49,558 nucleotides of DNA. Origin: Diadema antillarum (Eukaryota). Below are positions 33,921-45,108 of this stretch, in pieces. Made by a program: the position numbers and the translations under genes. The notes below the pieces were generated by a model, which had not been told where the DNA came from, did no database searches, and was given only the letters and a program-made list of their open reading frames with translations. The stretch lies in the NCBI RefSeq assembly GCF_040938485.1, contig NW_027270980.1:1564443-1614000 (forward strand). Direction: 5' to 3'. Positions within the stretch are counted from its first letter, which is position 1. Every line of letters begins with the position of its first letter.

Positions 33921-34702
33921 TCTTTATAGGATCCGTGCTTCTCAACCTTTTCTAACCCAAGGCCCACTTTGGTCCCTACACTGCTACAGTACAAAGTTTA
34001 TTTGACACCCAGCTACATGTGTAGATCGAATCCAAATCTTTTTTATTTTTATTTTGGGAAGCCATTTCATTGCTGCCCATCTGCGAGACCTTCATGGCCC
34101 ACTGTTTGAGAAGCTCTGCTTTAGACTACACTTTGTGTTTAGGTATGAAAGCATTTTTATATTCAAATTAATCATATGTCAGCAGCTGGAAAATCCCAGT
34201 AATGAATTCGCATTGATGGCTTCAGTTAGTAATACTGGGTAGCAATTTCGAAGTGTTTCGCTTTGCAAAAGCAAAGTTATCATGTTGCAAAGTAATTGTT
34301 TTTACAGTACTAGTTTGTCAATGAATATTCATCAGACTATTGACTGTTTTGAGACAATATTGTGGCGGGCTTTGGTGACTTTTTAGGTCGTTTGTTGTTG
34401 TGTGTATCGCCCTTTTAGTTGTTGTTGTTTGATCGTCGTCGAGGGTGCACTGTCGCCACTACCACAGAATATAATGACCAAGAGTTATTAGTGTAGATGT
34501 CGTGTGTTTTCCAGAAGGATTGATCAACTCCGTGGGCGAGGTGTTAAGCCCACATGTCCGAGTGGTAAAAACATATACATAGTAAATCGACCCTTCGGAA
34601 ACTAATAGTCTCGGTGGGGATGAGTTCTTAGGTCAAAGTACAGTGTATATGACCGAGGAGAGAAGATGGAATGTTAAAGGAGAGGTACAGTGTATATATG
34701 TG

Positions 34703-34704
<2 letters not shown>

Positions 34705-34734
<30 letters not shown>
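34705..34734. repeat. (GT)n microsatellite within a GTA/GT low-complexity tract
   Basis: 15 perfect units, with gtagtagtagatgtg low complexity downstream. Confidence 0.9.
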
Positions 34735-34736
<2 letters not shown>

Positions 34737-34936
34737 TGTATGTATGTACAACGTAGTAGATGTGTAGTAGTAGTAGATGTGTATGTTGTGTAGTGTGTGA
34801 AAATAGAAACTAAGTCAAGTGAGTCTTACACAGAAACAAAGAAAGACACAAGGTTGTAGTACTCAGATTTCAAGTTCAACAAAAACAAAAATCAAAGTTT
34901 AATATTCCTTTTACAAAGTTCCAACTAAATCGCCAC

Positions 34937-36264
34937 TGTTACATTCTCTTTCACATAAATGAGACTAAACGCCTGAAGTAATTAAAACTATCTTCAAGTT
35001 ACTAGTATTCATGCATGCCTATACAAACTACTTTGTATATTCTAATACAGATATATACATTTCGTTTGATTTGTTATGTGCCTATTGAAAGTTCTTCAGT
35101 TTTCACTTAGTTAATGACTCGCCAGAATTCCTAACAGTAACATTTCCTGAAACTAATACCAAGCATGTCTCTACACTCTAATAGAATTTGAATTTAACAA
35201 AAGATCCCAAAACATAAGTTGAAATTTTACATGGGGACATAGAGGGGGGGGGGGGGGGTTGTAGTTGATATGTAGAGGAGTGAGCAGATGCTCGATACTT
35301 GGAGTAGAATTCCAAGAGTCTCCTCTACATAGGGGGAGGGAGAAAGAAAGTAGTGTGTTGAGGAGTGAGCAGAGAGTAGCTCGTTACCTGGAGCAGGACT
35401 CCGGGAGTCTCCTGACGATCTTAAAAATTTCTCCTGCTTATATACTCTTAATGCGGACGTCGAGGGAAACACTACGCGGAGGTAGCTACGGTATGCGCTA
35501 AGCGCTGAACTTGTACACTCCGTAGATTTTGTGCTAGTTTGACGTCGCAAATATCTTATTATCTTGACAAATATCACTTTCCATAGTATAGGATCCGTGT
35601 TACAGTAAACTGTGAGTTATTTACCAAATGACCAGATACATAGGATAAACCAAATTTCTCTAACATTGACCAGAATCAACAAAATAACAGTAATTTTTAC
35701 ACACGGAGGATCCAAATCACACACTGACGTGGCTACGTCATCACAGCGATGCGAAGCCAAAGCTCGCATTCAAACTTGCATCATTTTGCGAGTTAGCTTC
35801 CGAAGAATAATAAAATTCACTTCTATCACCAAAAGCTAGTTCATATATCAGTAATTGCAACTTATTTTTCTCAGATATGGTGGATTTAGGAAATTTAGAT
35901 ATGAATTAAGATAAAGGGCCAAAGTATCGATGATAACGTACGAGGGAAGGTCCACAACCCTGAATGAACACTACGCGGTACGCGCATCTATCGGCAATGT
36001 TTTAGATCCTTCGTAAGAACTTAACATCGTCTTCAAACGCCATATTCCTTCATATTTCTGTCAACATGGGGTAAGTTACCACTCAAATATTCGCTACACA
36101 TACTAAATCCTTCAATTACCAATATATTCCTGGCTGTAAGTTCATAACAAACGGGTATTCCCTACATTCTTCCATGCCTTAAAGAATGTATGACGTTGCT
36201 GAATGCAATGTGCAATAACCGTTTCTATACTAGTAGAGGACCGTAACGAGGTTGGCTCGTTACA
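34937..36264 (-). mobile_element. Possible LTR relic (boundaries uncertain)
   Basis: The minus strand begins TGTAACG (36264), contains GTATATAAG (35445-35437) and a CT-rich region, and ends TGTAACA followed by GTGGCGA (PBS-like, only 6 nt). No gag or pol and no second LTR were seen. Confidence 0.25.
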
Positions 36265-36588
36265 ATATCATCATATGACATAAATGCATTACATACAAAG
36301 ATTTACAAAATAGGCAATGTCAATACTGGCCATCTGGTGCAAAGCATTTACAATATTGAAACATTCTGGCTGTAGATATGTTGGTGAAATATAGACACAG
36401 ATTCCCCTTACAGCCAAGGCTCCAATGGCCCAACACTAATGCAATCTACTACAACTCAACTGTTCCACCATGCCAGATCTTGACCTGAAGTCTCCCCAAC
36501 CCTTTTAATCTTGAGTGTTCTGATTGTAGGTTTCAAAGTTCTCGAATATGTTATACGTACATTGTATGTGTAATGACTTTACATGAGC

Positions 36589-36740
36589 AACGAGAAAAGC
36601 ACTCTGCTCGGAGGGCACTGTCCTATAGATTATAATCTAGGAGGAGGATCACTACCAAAATTTTATAGTCATCTGTTCCTTGAGTCAGTCTGAACCTTTC
36701 CTGCTAGTTTCATCCAAATAAGGGTAAGAATAAGGGTCAT
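36589..36740 (-). mobile_element. Fragment of a Helentron-associated (HINE-like) non-autonomous element
   Basis: aacgagaaaagcactc...ggatcactaccaaaatttt...tttcatccaaat is shared with the elements at 37413-37887 and 44789-45108. Confidence 0.45.
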
Positions 36741-37412
36741 ATTGTCATCATTACATTTGTACATGTGCAGTTGTGTAAGCCAGGTTTAAATTTTATTTGA
36801 ATGCTGTGAGTGTCCCGGTTTATTTTCCATGCACACAAATTCAAAGTTCGTTTGAACCAAGAAGCTGACCAAGTTTCAAGCTTTCACAGTTACTGTATTA
36901 TTTTGCTCTAGTGAGACTGATGTTTAAAAATGAAATACACAAACCTCAAACATTCAAAGATGTACACTATAGTGTAATTCAATTAAGTTGAAAAATTAAT
37001 CTTCAGATTCAGAAATGATTCTTATGGTCACACTGTAGATAGCTATGTTGAAAATACATGGTATCAGCCATTGCATGTACATTGTATCAATCCGTAGTAT
37101 TGAAAGAAAAACAAAACAAAAAAGTCATAAACAAGAAACTGTTGATGTATCACTAGTGATGAACATACATGTACTTGTGTACATGTACAATCGAGGGAAT
37201 GCTTTTTTACCTTCAATAAGAAGTCACTCTGTCTATAAAGAGAAGCATGCACTTGTATCATGTCTGCTAACGTCATCATATTATTAAAGAGATTACAGTG
37301 CAGTGTGTAAAGCATCGATGGTTCTACAATAACATTTGGAGAAGTTAAAATTCTCATATCAAACTCCACAAAGCGATTCAAATTTGTCATGCAAATGCAG
37401 TCATGTGCTAAA

Positions 37413-37887
37413 TTTTTACCTCCGCCAAGGGAGGAGGTAACTGGTTATGTTTTCATTCGGCGTTGGTTTGTCTGAAGGTTTGTCAAAAGTTGTGAACAGA
37501 TTTGGAAGGAAACTTACAGGAAATGTTGAGAATGACACAAGTAACAGATGATTAAATTTTGGTAGTGATCCAGGCATTTTTGTTGGATTCTATGAAGGAT
37601 TTTCAATATTTTTGCAGGTAGGGTTAATGAACTTAGGAGTTCAAGCTTCACATTTTTTAGGTTTTCATACAATGTGTGCACTAAAGTGCGTGCTCTAGTT
37701 TCTTCTAGGGCGAGGCATGCTGCGCAGCTGAGGGTTTATGACGTAACAGAGGCTTCTATATTGGGAAATCGGGCAATTTTTCAGTATGCATACGCATGGG
37801 TGGAAATCACCAATCTCCATGGAGAACAAAATCATTGGTGGAAAAGCAGCTGCTTGGTGGAGGTCGGCGCTCTCAGTGTTTCCTTGT
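37413..37887 (+). mobile_element. Helentron-associated (HINE/DINE-1-like) non-autonomous element
   Basis: T-rich flanks, subterminal inverted repeats acctccgccaagg (37418-37430) and gcttggtggaggt (37852-37864), a short 5' palindrome, and homology to 44789-45108. The superfamily is inferred from architecture. Confidence 0.6.
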
Positions 37888-38251
37888 TTGCCATGTTATG
37901 AAAATGTACAGCTGTACATTGTATGTTGCTCTGTAATTCTTATTACATTGTATGTCATATATTGTGGCATCAACTTTTGTGTTAATGCATGAGCCATGCC
38001 TGCTTTAAAGTGAAAATCCCCACCTTGTTCTTCACTGCAAGTGCAATGAATGCAGTAGACTAAAATCAGATGTGCTGAATGGTCATCATAATTCTAATCT
38101 GCATTTAAGAAAACATTTTTGTTCGGTTTCTCAAGTAAAGTAGAGTTTTATATGCAGGTCTGCGGTAGACTTGTGAGGTGATGGCACCATTGCCCCATTC
38201 TGTGTATGTGGTTGCATTTAATATCTCTGATTTATGGCTATATACATGTAA

Positions 38252-38948
38252 CAAGGTGCTATAACTTTATTTTACCATTCGCCCGGTCGGGCAAACAGTT
38301 TTTCAAATTTGCTGCAAAACACTGGCCCAAACATTAATTTTACTTGCCCGAAAAGAAAGTCCAAAATATAAGGAAATGATATAGAAAATCATGTGTTAGT
38401 CAAGGGCCCCAATCATTTGAATAGACAGCACACATTGATTCGCACTATATTAAATACGATGGAGTAGCAAACTTGTTCCAATCAAGTGTTGCTGTTGCAT
38501 TGCCAGGGGTCGCACTTAACTTTTTTTTTTTTAACTGGCCAGGCGGACTACTTAGAATCAATTTTGACACTGAAGCAATATTTTGGCTAGCCAGACGGAC
38601 TAGTAACTTCAGAATTTTACGATTTTTAGCTAGTCCGACGTGATTTCGAGTGGCCAATGGCCAGCGGACCATCGCCAATTTCGAACCCTGATTGCATTAG
38701 GGCTTCTTCACGTAAGTGTTGAAAAGATGCTGAAATGAAATATAAAGTGTGTTGCATCACTATCTTTGGGGTTCTGTTTGGTTGACTTTGTGGGTTTGTT
38801 GGGGGGGGGGGGGGAATACATGTAAGTACCGAATAAAAGGTGGCTTCAAAACTTTTTGCTTGCCATTTGCTTCTCACTAAGAAAACACTTGCCCAGATTG
38901 GATTTTCACTTGCCTCTGGCAATCGGGCAAGTGCTTATGTAGCACCTG
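38252..38948 (+). mobile_element. hAT-like MITE with a second MITE nested inside
   Basis: Ends caaggtgcta ... tagcacctg. TTGCCCG/CGGGCAA subterminal repeats. Colinear homology with 48392-48917. No clear TSD. Confidence 0.6.
38504..38690. mobile_element. Nested 187-bp hAT-like MITE
   Basis: caggggtcgcactt ... aatttcgaaccctg imperfect TIR, GGACTA/TAGTCC internal repeats, and ttgcatt close to both ends. Confidence 0.55.
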
Positions 38949-39356
38949 AGTATGCAAAAGGTATGATTTACAACTCTAATTGGAAATTCCCAGTAGATCA
39001 GTAAATCAGTAGATAAAGTGGAAAGTACATTAGTTCTTGTCATGAAGATTATGTACTGCACATGTTGGAATGCCTAGGCAGTATGTTGATGACATCAAGA
39101 CTGACGTGTACATTGTACTCAGAATATCCAGGGAGATTAGAGAAATCCAGAATGTGGAATACAATGTAACAGCAATGCAGTGGGGCAATTGAATAGAGAG
39201 ATCAAAGAATCAGAAAACTTCTGATATTTTGTCAAAAAGGGATTTAAATTGTCTAACCATTGTAAATGCGAGGAGTATAAACAAAATGCACAACACAAAA
39301 CAAGACAGAGCCATGTTGAAGTCTGGATTGAGCATCAGTTTACCATTTTCTTTATA

Positions 39357-40075
39357 CAGTTGAACCTCTCTTATCCGGCCTCCCTTTATCCGGATCTCTC
39401 TATTATACGGACGCAATCTCGCCGTGATTTTTTTAAAATAATTACGGGAGGAAAGGGGGATTCCCAACTCCTTGAGAACTCCTACACAAACACACATGAA
39501 TTACATATTACTTCCAACATGATTAACATACATTACATCAAATTTCCTTCCAAATTGCTTACCTTCACTTCAGACATTTTAACATCCCCAAACATCCCCA
39601 AATCATCGCAAGAACATGGACAGATTATGCGCTCGAGTCCTCTCATATCGCATTGCCACATATACATGTAGGTCCATACACAGCCGTCGCCCGTCGATAT
39701 GACTAGATAGACATGCATTGTTTCGAGATGGATCGAATTTTGAAGCGTAGTTTCGTCGACTCGTACTGTTTATTTTCAAGATCTATATTTCTTAATAATT
39801 ATTTAGGTAAATCATCCCAAGAATTTATAAAAGAAAATGATTTCATTCTTGCAAACACGAACCTCTATTTTGGGGTCTGTTACTGAGTAGAACAATGAAA
39901 AGGTTGCAGTATACACATTACTATATGTGGTACTACAATGGGCTACAGACACATCAGTACATGTGTATGTATGTACACTAGTGTGTATAAAGCATTGAGT
40001 CTCCCGTATCCGGCCAAATCCCTTATGCGGATGAGCCCCCGGTCCCGACTTGTCCGGATACGAGAGGTTCAACTG
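39357..40075. mobile_element. 719-bp Tc1/mariner (pogo/Tigger-like) non-autonomous element
   Basis: 22-bp TIRs cagttgaacctctcttatccgg and ccggatacgagaggttcaactg (1 mismatch). TA at 39355-56 and 40076-77. Repeated TATCCGG subterminal motifs. Confidence 0.92.
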
Positions 40076-42414
40076 TATTGTCAAATTAGTATTTTGGGAA
40101 ACATCATTTAAAAAAAAAATGATACTTTCTCTTTCTGAAATGAGATCTGCTTGCAACAATATCATGGCGTGCTTTATGCAGTTTTGAGATTTACACAGCG
40201 ACCCCAAGAAGTTCATGCCTGTCGTGAGCGTGGTGATTGATGTGTTTCAATTACTGTCAATGGCACATTGTTCAAAGTCAATATGCCGGGTGATGTGTAT
40301 TCAGCATGTGAGAAATGAGGGTCAAATGCGGCAACAAAGATGCTCAGTCACAAATGAATATCCCAGTCAACGTTTGAGTGCAGAGTGAATGTGTGTTACA
40401 CGAATTACTTTTATGGTGTACCGTATGTTGGCTATAAAGGAAGTGGAATGCTTTCAGCTGAAGATTCCTGAGTGTGCAGGGTTCGTCCACTCACACTTTG
40501 ATTGAAAAGCTACAAATGGGAATAGCATGTCACTGTGCTCATACATGGCTAGGTGCTTAATCTCGGAAGGAATTTTAATATCCTCTTTGTGGAACAGGTC
40601 CTTCAGATGATCAGAACTACACAAATTCCTTTGATTCTTTATCGGCCAAAGTGAATTGTAACACTTCTGACCCATTAAAAACTTGCCATGATACAAACAT
40701 TTTGCCTACTGTACATGCATGATATGTACAGTACGTTGTACACTGATTAGTAATTTATACTCACATCGTGTGAATGTATTGTACAATTTTTTTGACGGCA
40801 TGAATTAATATATGAGCTACAGTGACGTAAAAAGAGCTTTGTAATATTTTTTATACAAGTTCTTTTACTCTTTATTTCTCTATTGTACAGTTCAGTTGTA
40901 TGATACAAGTTAGAATGTAGAAATGACACTAATATACATTTGTAGTGCAGAGGAATGTAGTGTATTTGGAGTGCTTTTAATACAATAATTCACTGTTTTG
41001 ATGATGTTTTGATATCTTTGAATTGATTTATCATAGATGATTATTGATTACTGGTACATGTATTTATAAATACTGATATTGTGTCTGGATGTTTTTGTTT
41101 CTCACTCTATGTACACATGTGTTCCTGTACACTAGTGTTGATATGGGGGTAAGTGATGCACTTGCACTGATTTTGTAAAGCCTGCTAACAAGTTGCAACT
41201 ACATTGTGTAATACACTTGCATCAGAGGTGACCATTGTGAAAAATCCTGCTCATTGGACTTCATTCATATGATACTAGAGTGCAACAATACAAAATCATG
41301 TAGAGAAGGATGCAAAATTTGTAATTAGTGCTGCACACTTGAATAATAACAAGTGGAATGGGAAAAAAAAAATCCATGCACATATCTTTCACAATAGCTA
41401 GCTACAATGTATGTCAGAGCATGATTCCCTTTCATAAATTGTCATGGTGTAGTGCAAACATGAGGTTCATCTGTACTGTAAGCATACTAACCAATTCAAG
41501 GCAAATGTCTACTCCATGTTCAACTTGAGTGCAACAAAAAGACGTTTAGTCAAAGCAACAGAACAGTCAGTGTTTGGGAGTTTCCAGGAAACAGACTGCA
41601 AATTCACATTACATTGATTAGGCAATGATGCCAATGTAAAGCAGGTCTTTATTTTACGTGTACAATATCATGTACTAACAGTGTCGATATCCAGTTTTTA
41701 TCATTTTGGTAGGGAATGATATTGTGTTTTTTTTTCTTGAAATTCATAAACAAAAACCACAAAGCAATTACCACTTTAATAAAAAGGCATCAAATTTGAA
41801 ATTTCAGGAACTTTCTAACACCGTACATGGACATACTTTGAATATTGAGTTTCCCATCTTTTATTCTTGTACCTGTAGTCAATTTGAACATGGAATGTGG
41901 TTATTTACTCCTTTCGTTGGAGTTTCACGTGTTGAAAATTTCTGTAACTGTGTGGTTCAAATGTATAGCAGGTTGCAGCTCATCAGACATGTTCATTGGC
42001 AAATGGGATTTTCATCATCATTACTGCGTGTAGACTTTCATTTTTATTTGTTTTTGTGTGGAAAATTAGGATTTACACATGTAGCAAGCAGGAAATCAGT
42101 AAATTTGAATCATGTTATGGGACACTTTCTGTGTGGATATCATGGGATATTGCAAAGTTCATCACTTACAACAACTTGAAGGAAGTGTATGTATGGCCTA
42201 CAAGTCAGTCTTGTTTTATTTACAAGCTTGTATATTGGAGGGAGATTGGGCCTCTGAGCAAAGTTTATGAATTCCATTAATTACCTGGTGGTATGCTTGT
42301 GAGAATGGCCAAGAACATTCTATAGTACAAACTGTGATTAAGACTCATTTACAATGATGAAATCCAAAGCATGAATTCAGTCACATGTGCAACATGTACA
42401 TTGTACAATGTACT

Positions 42415-42544
42415 TACTGTTTAAAATTGAGACTGGGCCTTATAGGCAAAGTTCCTTTAACCTCAATATGCTCAAAAATTTTAATTTTGCGAATCTTGGC
42501 GCTCACAAAATTAGAATGCACACAAAAATTCCTCGTTTTACAGT
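42415..42544. mobile_element. Possible Tc1/mariner-type MITE relic
   Basis: Right end ttttgcgaat...aaaattcctcgttttacagTA. The left end tactgtttaaaatt matches it only weakly. Confidence 0.3.
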
Positions 42545-44788
42545 ACTATCAGGCGAGGACACACAGTTTACAACATTGCAAGTTTTCTTTTCTCAATTTT
42601 GAGTGAGAATGACCCAGGTTACATTTGCGTCACAAACTCCCATGGTCTTTTGTTTAAATGCAACCTTCCAATTAGGCTTGCATGCAAGAGTCCTTAAAGT
42701 TTTATACAAATTGCATGCACCAAGGCACTTCTACAAGTGATAACCATTTTAAACCCAGCTTCACCTCTCCCCTACTGTATCATGTTTTAGAGGTCAAACC
42801 ATCTAAAGGTCCTGTTTACCTTTTGAAGCAGTGATTCAAGATATCACATTTAATGCACATACAACGTGTAGTACACATGTAGGTCTGTTGTATCACAAAA
42901 CATCCTACCATTAGACATCTTTTGCAATAAAGCCAAAAATATAAGGGGATATCAATATTTCTCTCATTAAACCGTAACTGTAGACGGTTTAGTCTGGAAA
43001 CATTTTTTATTATAACTATTGTTCACATTTATTGTATACATTTAACAATTCAATAATGTACTTAACATCGATTATACAGATTCAAATTTTTACAGTGGTT
43101 GTTTGTGTCCCTAACTCACGTTTTAGAAAATCTATTTCAAAGCACTAATGCTGGGTTTTTGTTTCTTCTGCAAATGCAAATGGTAAATTATGCCTTGAAA
43201 GTCTCAAATGAGTATGTACCAAGAATTAAGCAAAGCTGGATCAGAAATCTCTTGTGTACCTTGATTGGCTGTCATGGAAAGTGTAATCTGAGAATTGTGT
43301 CAGCGAGAAACATGAGTTAATTTTGTTTATGAATGAAAGTCACAAGATAACTTGAAAGATGATTGTAATTAAGTTTGCCAAAAAAAGGTTCTTTGTAAGT
43401 GTGAACTCCCCTATGGGTCATACAAAGTACATTGCAAATTGGGAAGAGTAATGTAGATGTTCTTTTTGCTTGGATTTATTTATTACTACCAGAAAAACAA
43501 ATGAAGCTGCTTACTTTGTAAATTATTTCTTCCTCTTTGTTTCAAATAGAAAAGCTTGTCACCCAACATGGACTATAACATAGCATCCTAATTGGGAGCA
43601 TGCATACTACAGTACATACTAAATTCTTTGCAACTGTTGTTTCATAGTACGATAGCAATGAAGTAATACAGTAGTAAAGACATACATGCACTGCAGAAAT
43701 AGTAGTGTAGAAAGGGGAATGTACACACACACACAAAAAAAAAAAAATTGTTTGTACAGTGTACATGAAGGGGTCTGGTTACAATAACTCCATACTTTTA
43801 ATCTCACAACTAACAAACTAAACTTTGTACCTTTTAAGGACAATAGTCTTCAGTGTCAAATATTTGTTTATTTTGCTATGTTACTTCAAGGATCCATCAA
43901 ATTTTGCATCACTTTAATAATAGCAATCATGCATTTGAAGAGCTGAGCATTTGACACCTAGATCAAATCAAATATTTGTATTTTCAGGAACAAATTACCT
44001 CTCTTTGTGCCCATGTACAGTGTATTTCAGTGCAAGTTTTTAATATTACTGGAATACTGGTACTGAAGCAAACACATTCCATCCTGTAAACAGATATTTC
44101 TGTCAGAAATTTTTCCCTAAAAAATCTCAGCTGATCAAAAATAAAAATCATACAAACTGGCATAGAGCAACACAAGTAGATTTATAGGATAATTAATGTA
44201 GATATGATATCTATGCCCAGCTGTACTGTATGTTTCTTTTATTTTTATGAGTTACAAAACAATATTGAGGGGCATCCTTGGTACTCACTATTAAGAGGGC
44301 GGGGGGGGGGGGGGGGGAGGGGAGTGGGACTGTGTTTGTACAGTGTACATTGTACATACACTGTATTGTACAGTTGTACTTTATATCCTTTCCCTATAAA
44401 GTAAGACCACTTCAAATTCAAGTTTATTTTCATAAAAGGAATGCAGTGTGAATTTCATTGTATAAAGAACAGCAAAAAGTTTTAGCCATAGTGAATTAAA
44501 AACCCCAAAATGATCATATGAAATGTTGACCTACAGTATGTAATTTGTACAATGATTAATCCTTTGTTTGAAACATAGACAATTGCTATGCAAGGATATA
44601 CAAAATGTCACAACTCACTTCTCATGTCTTCGAAATCATTGTATCTGGTTTTCACCAAATTTGTTTTGGTGGTGGCTTTCTTATGAAGTTGAAAAAGTTG
44701 AGACAACTGTGCAAATTATGGGATATAAAGATAATAGACCTACATCTTGACAGCTTTGCACAAATTTTAACTAAATGAATCCCTAGCA

Positions 44789-45108
44789 AACTAGAGAAGC
44801 ACGCGAGTACAGACCTTGCCTGGGCAAAGCACACACTTTTATAGTGTGCGTATGCATTACATCTCAAAAAATGCGCAGCCAAAATATTGAAAATTCTCCT
44901 TCATAGACATTCATAGAATCTTTACCAATTTGTGTATCACTACCAAATTTTAATCATTTGTTTTTTGTGTTATTCTCAACCTCTCCAATTAGTTTCATCC
45001 AAATCCGTTCACATCTTTTCGAGTTATTTTGCACACAAACAAACAAACGAACGAATAAACAAACATACAAACGCCGGCAAAAAAATAACCTCCTTTGCGG
45101 AGGTAGAT
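44789..45108 (-). mobile_element. Helentron-associated (HINE-like) element, second copy
   Basis: The minus strand starts acctccgcaaaggaggttatttt, has (TTTG/TTCG)n and gtgaacggatttggatgaaact...gattaaaatttggtagtgat, and ends ggtctgtactcgcgtgcttctctagtt. Homologous to 37413-37887. Confidence 0.65.

Noticed and set aside
39082-39093. YVDD in a short plus-strand frame, resembling a reverse transcriptase active site
   Set aside because: No other RT motifs surround it and the frame closes within about 35 codons, so it is probably chance.
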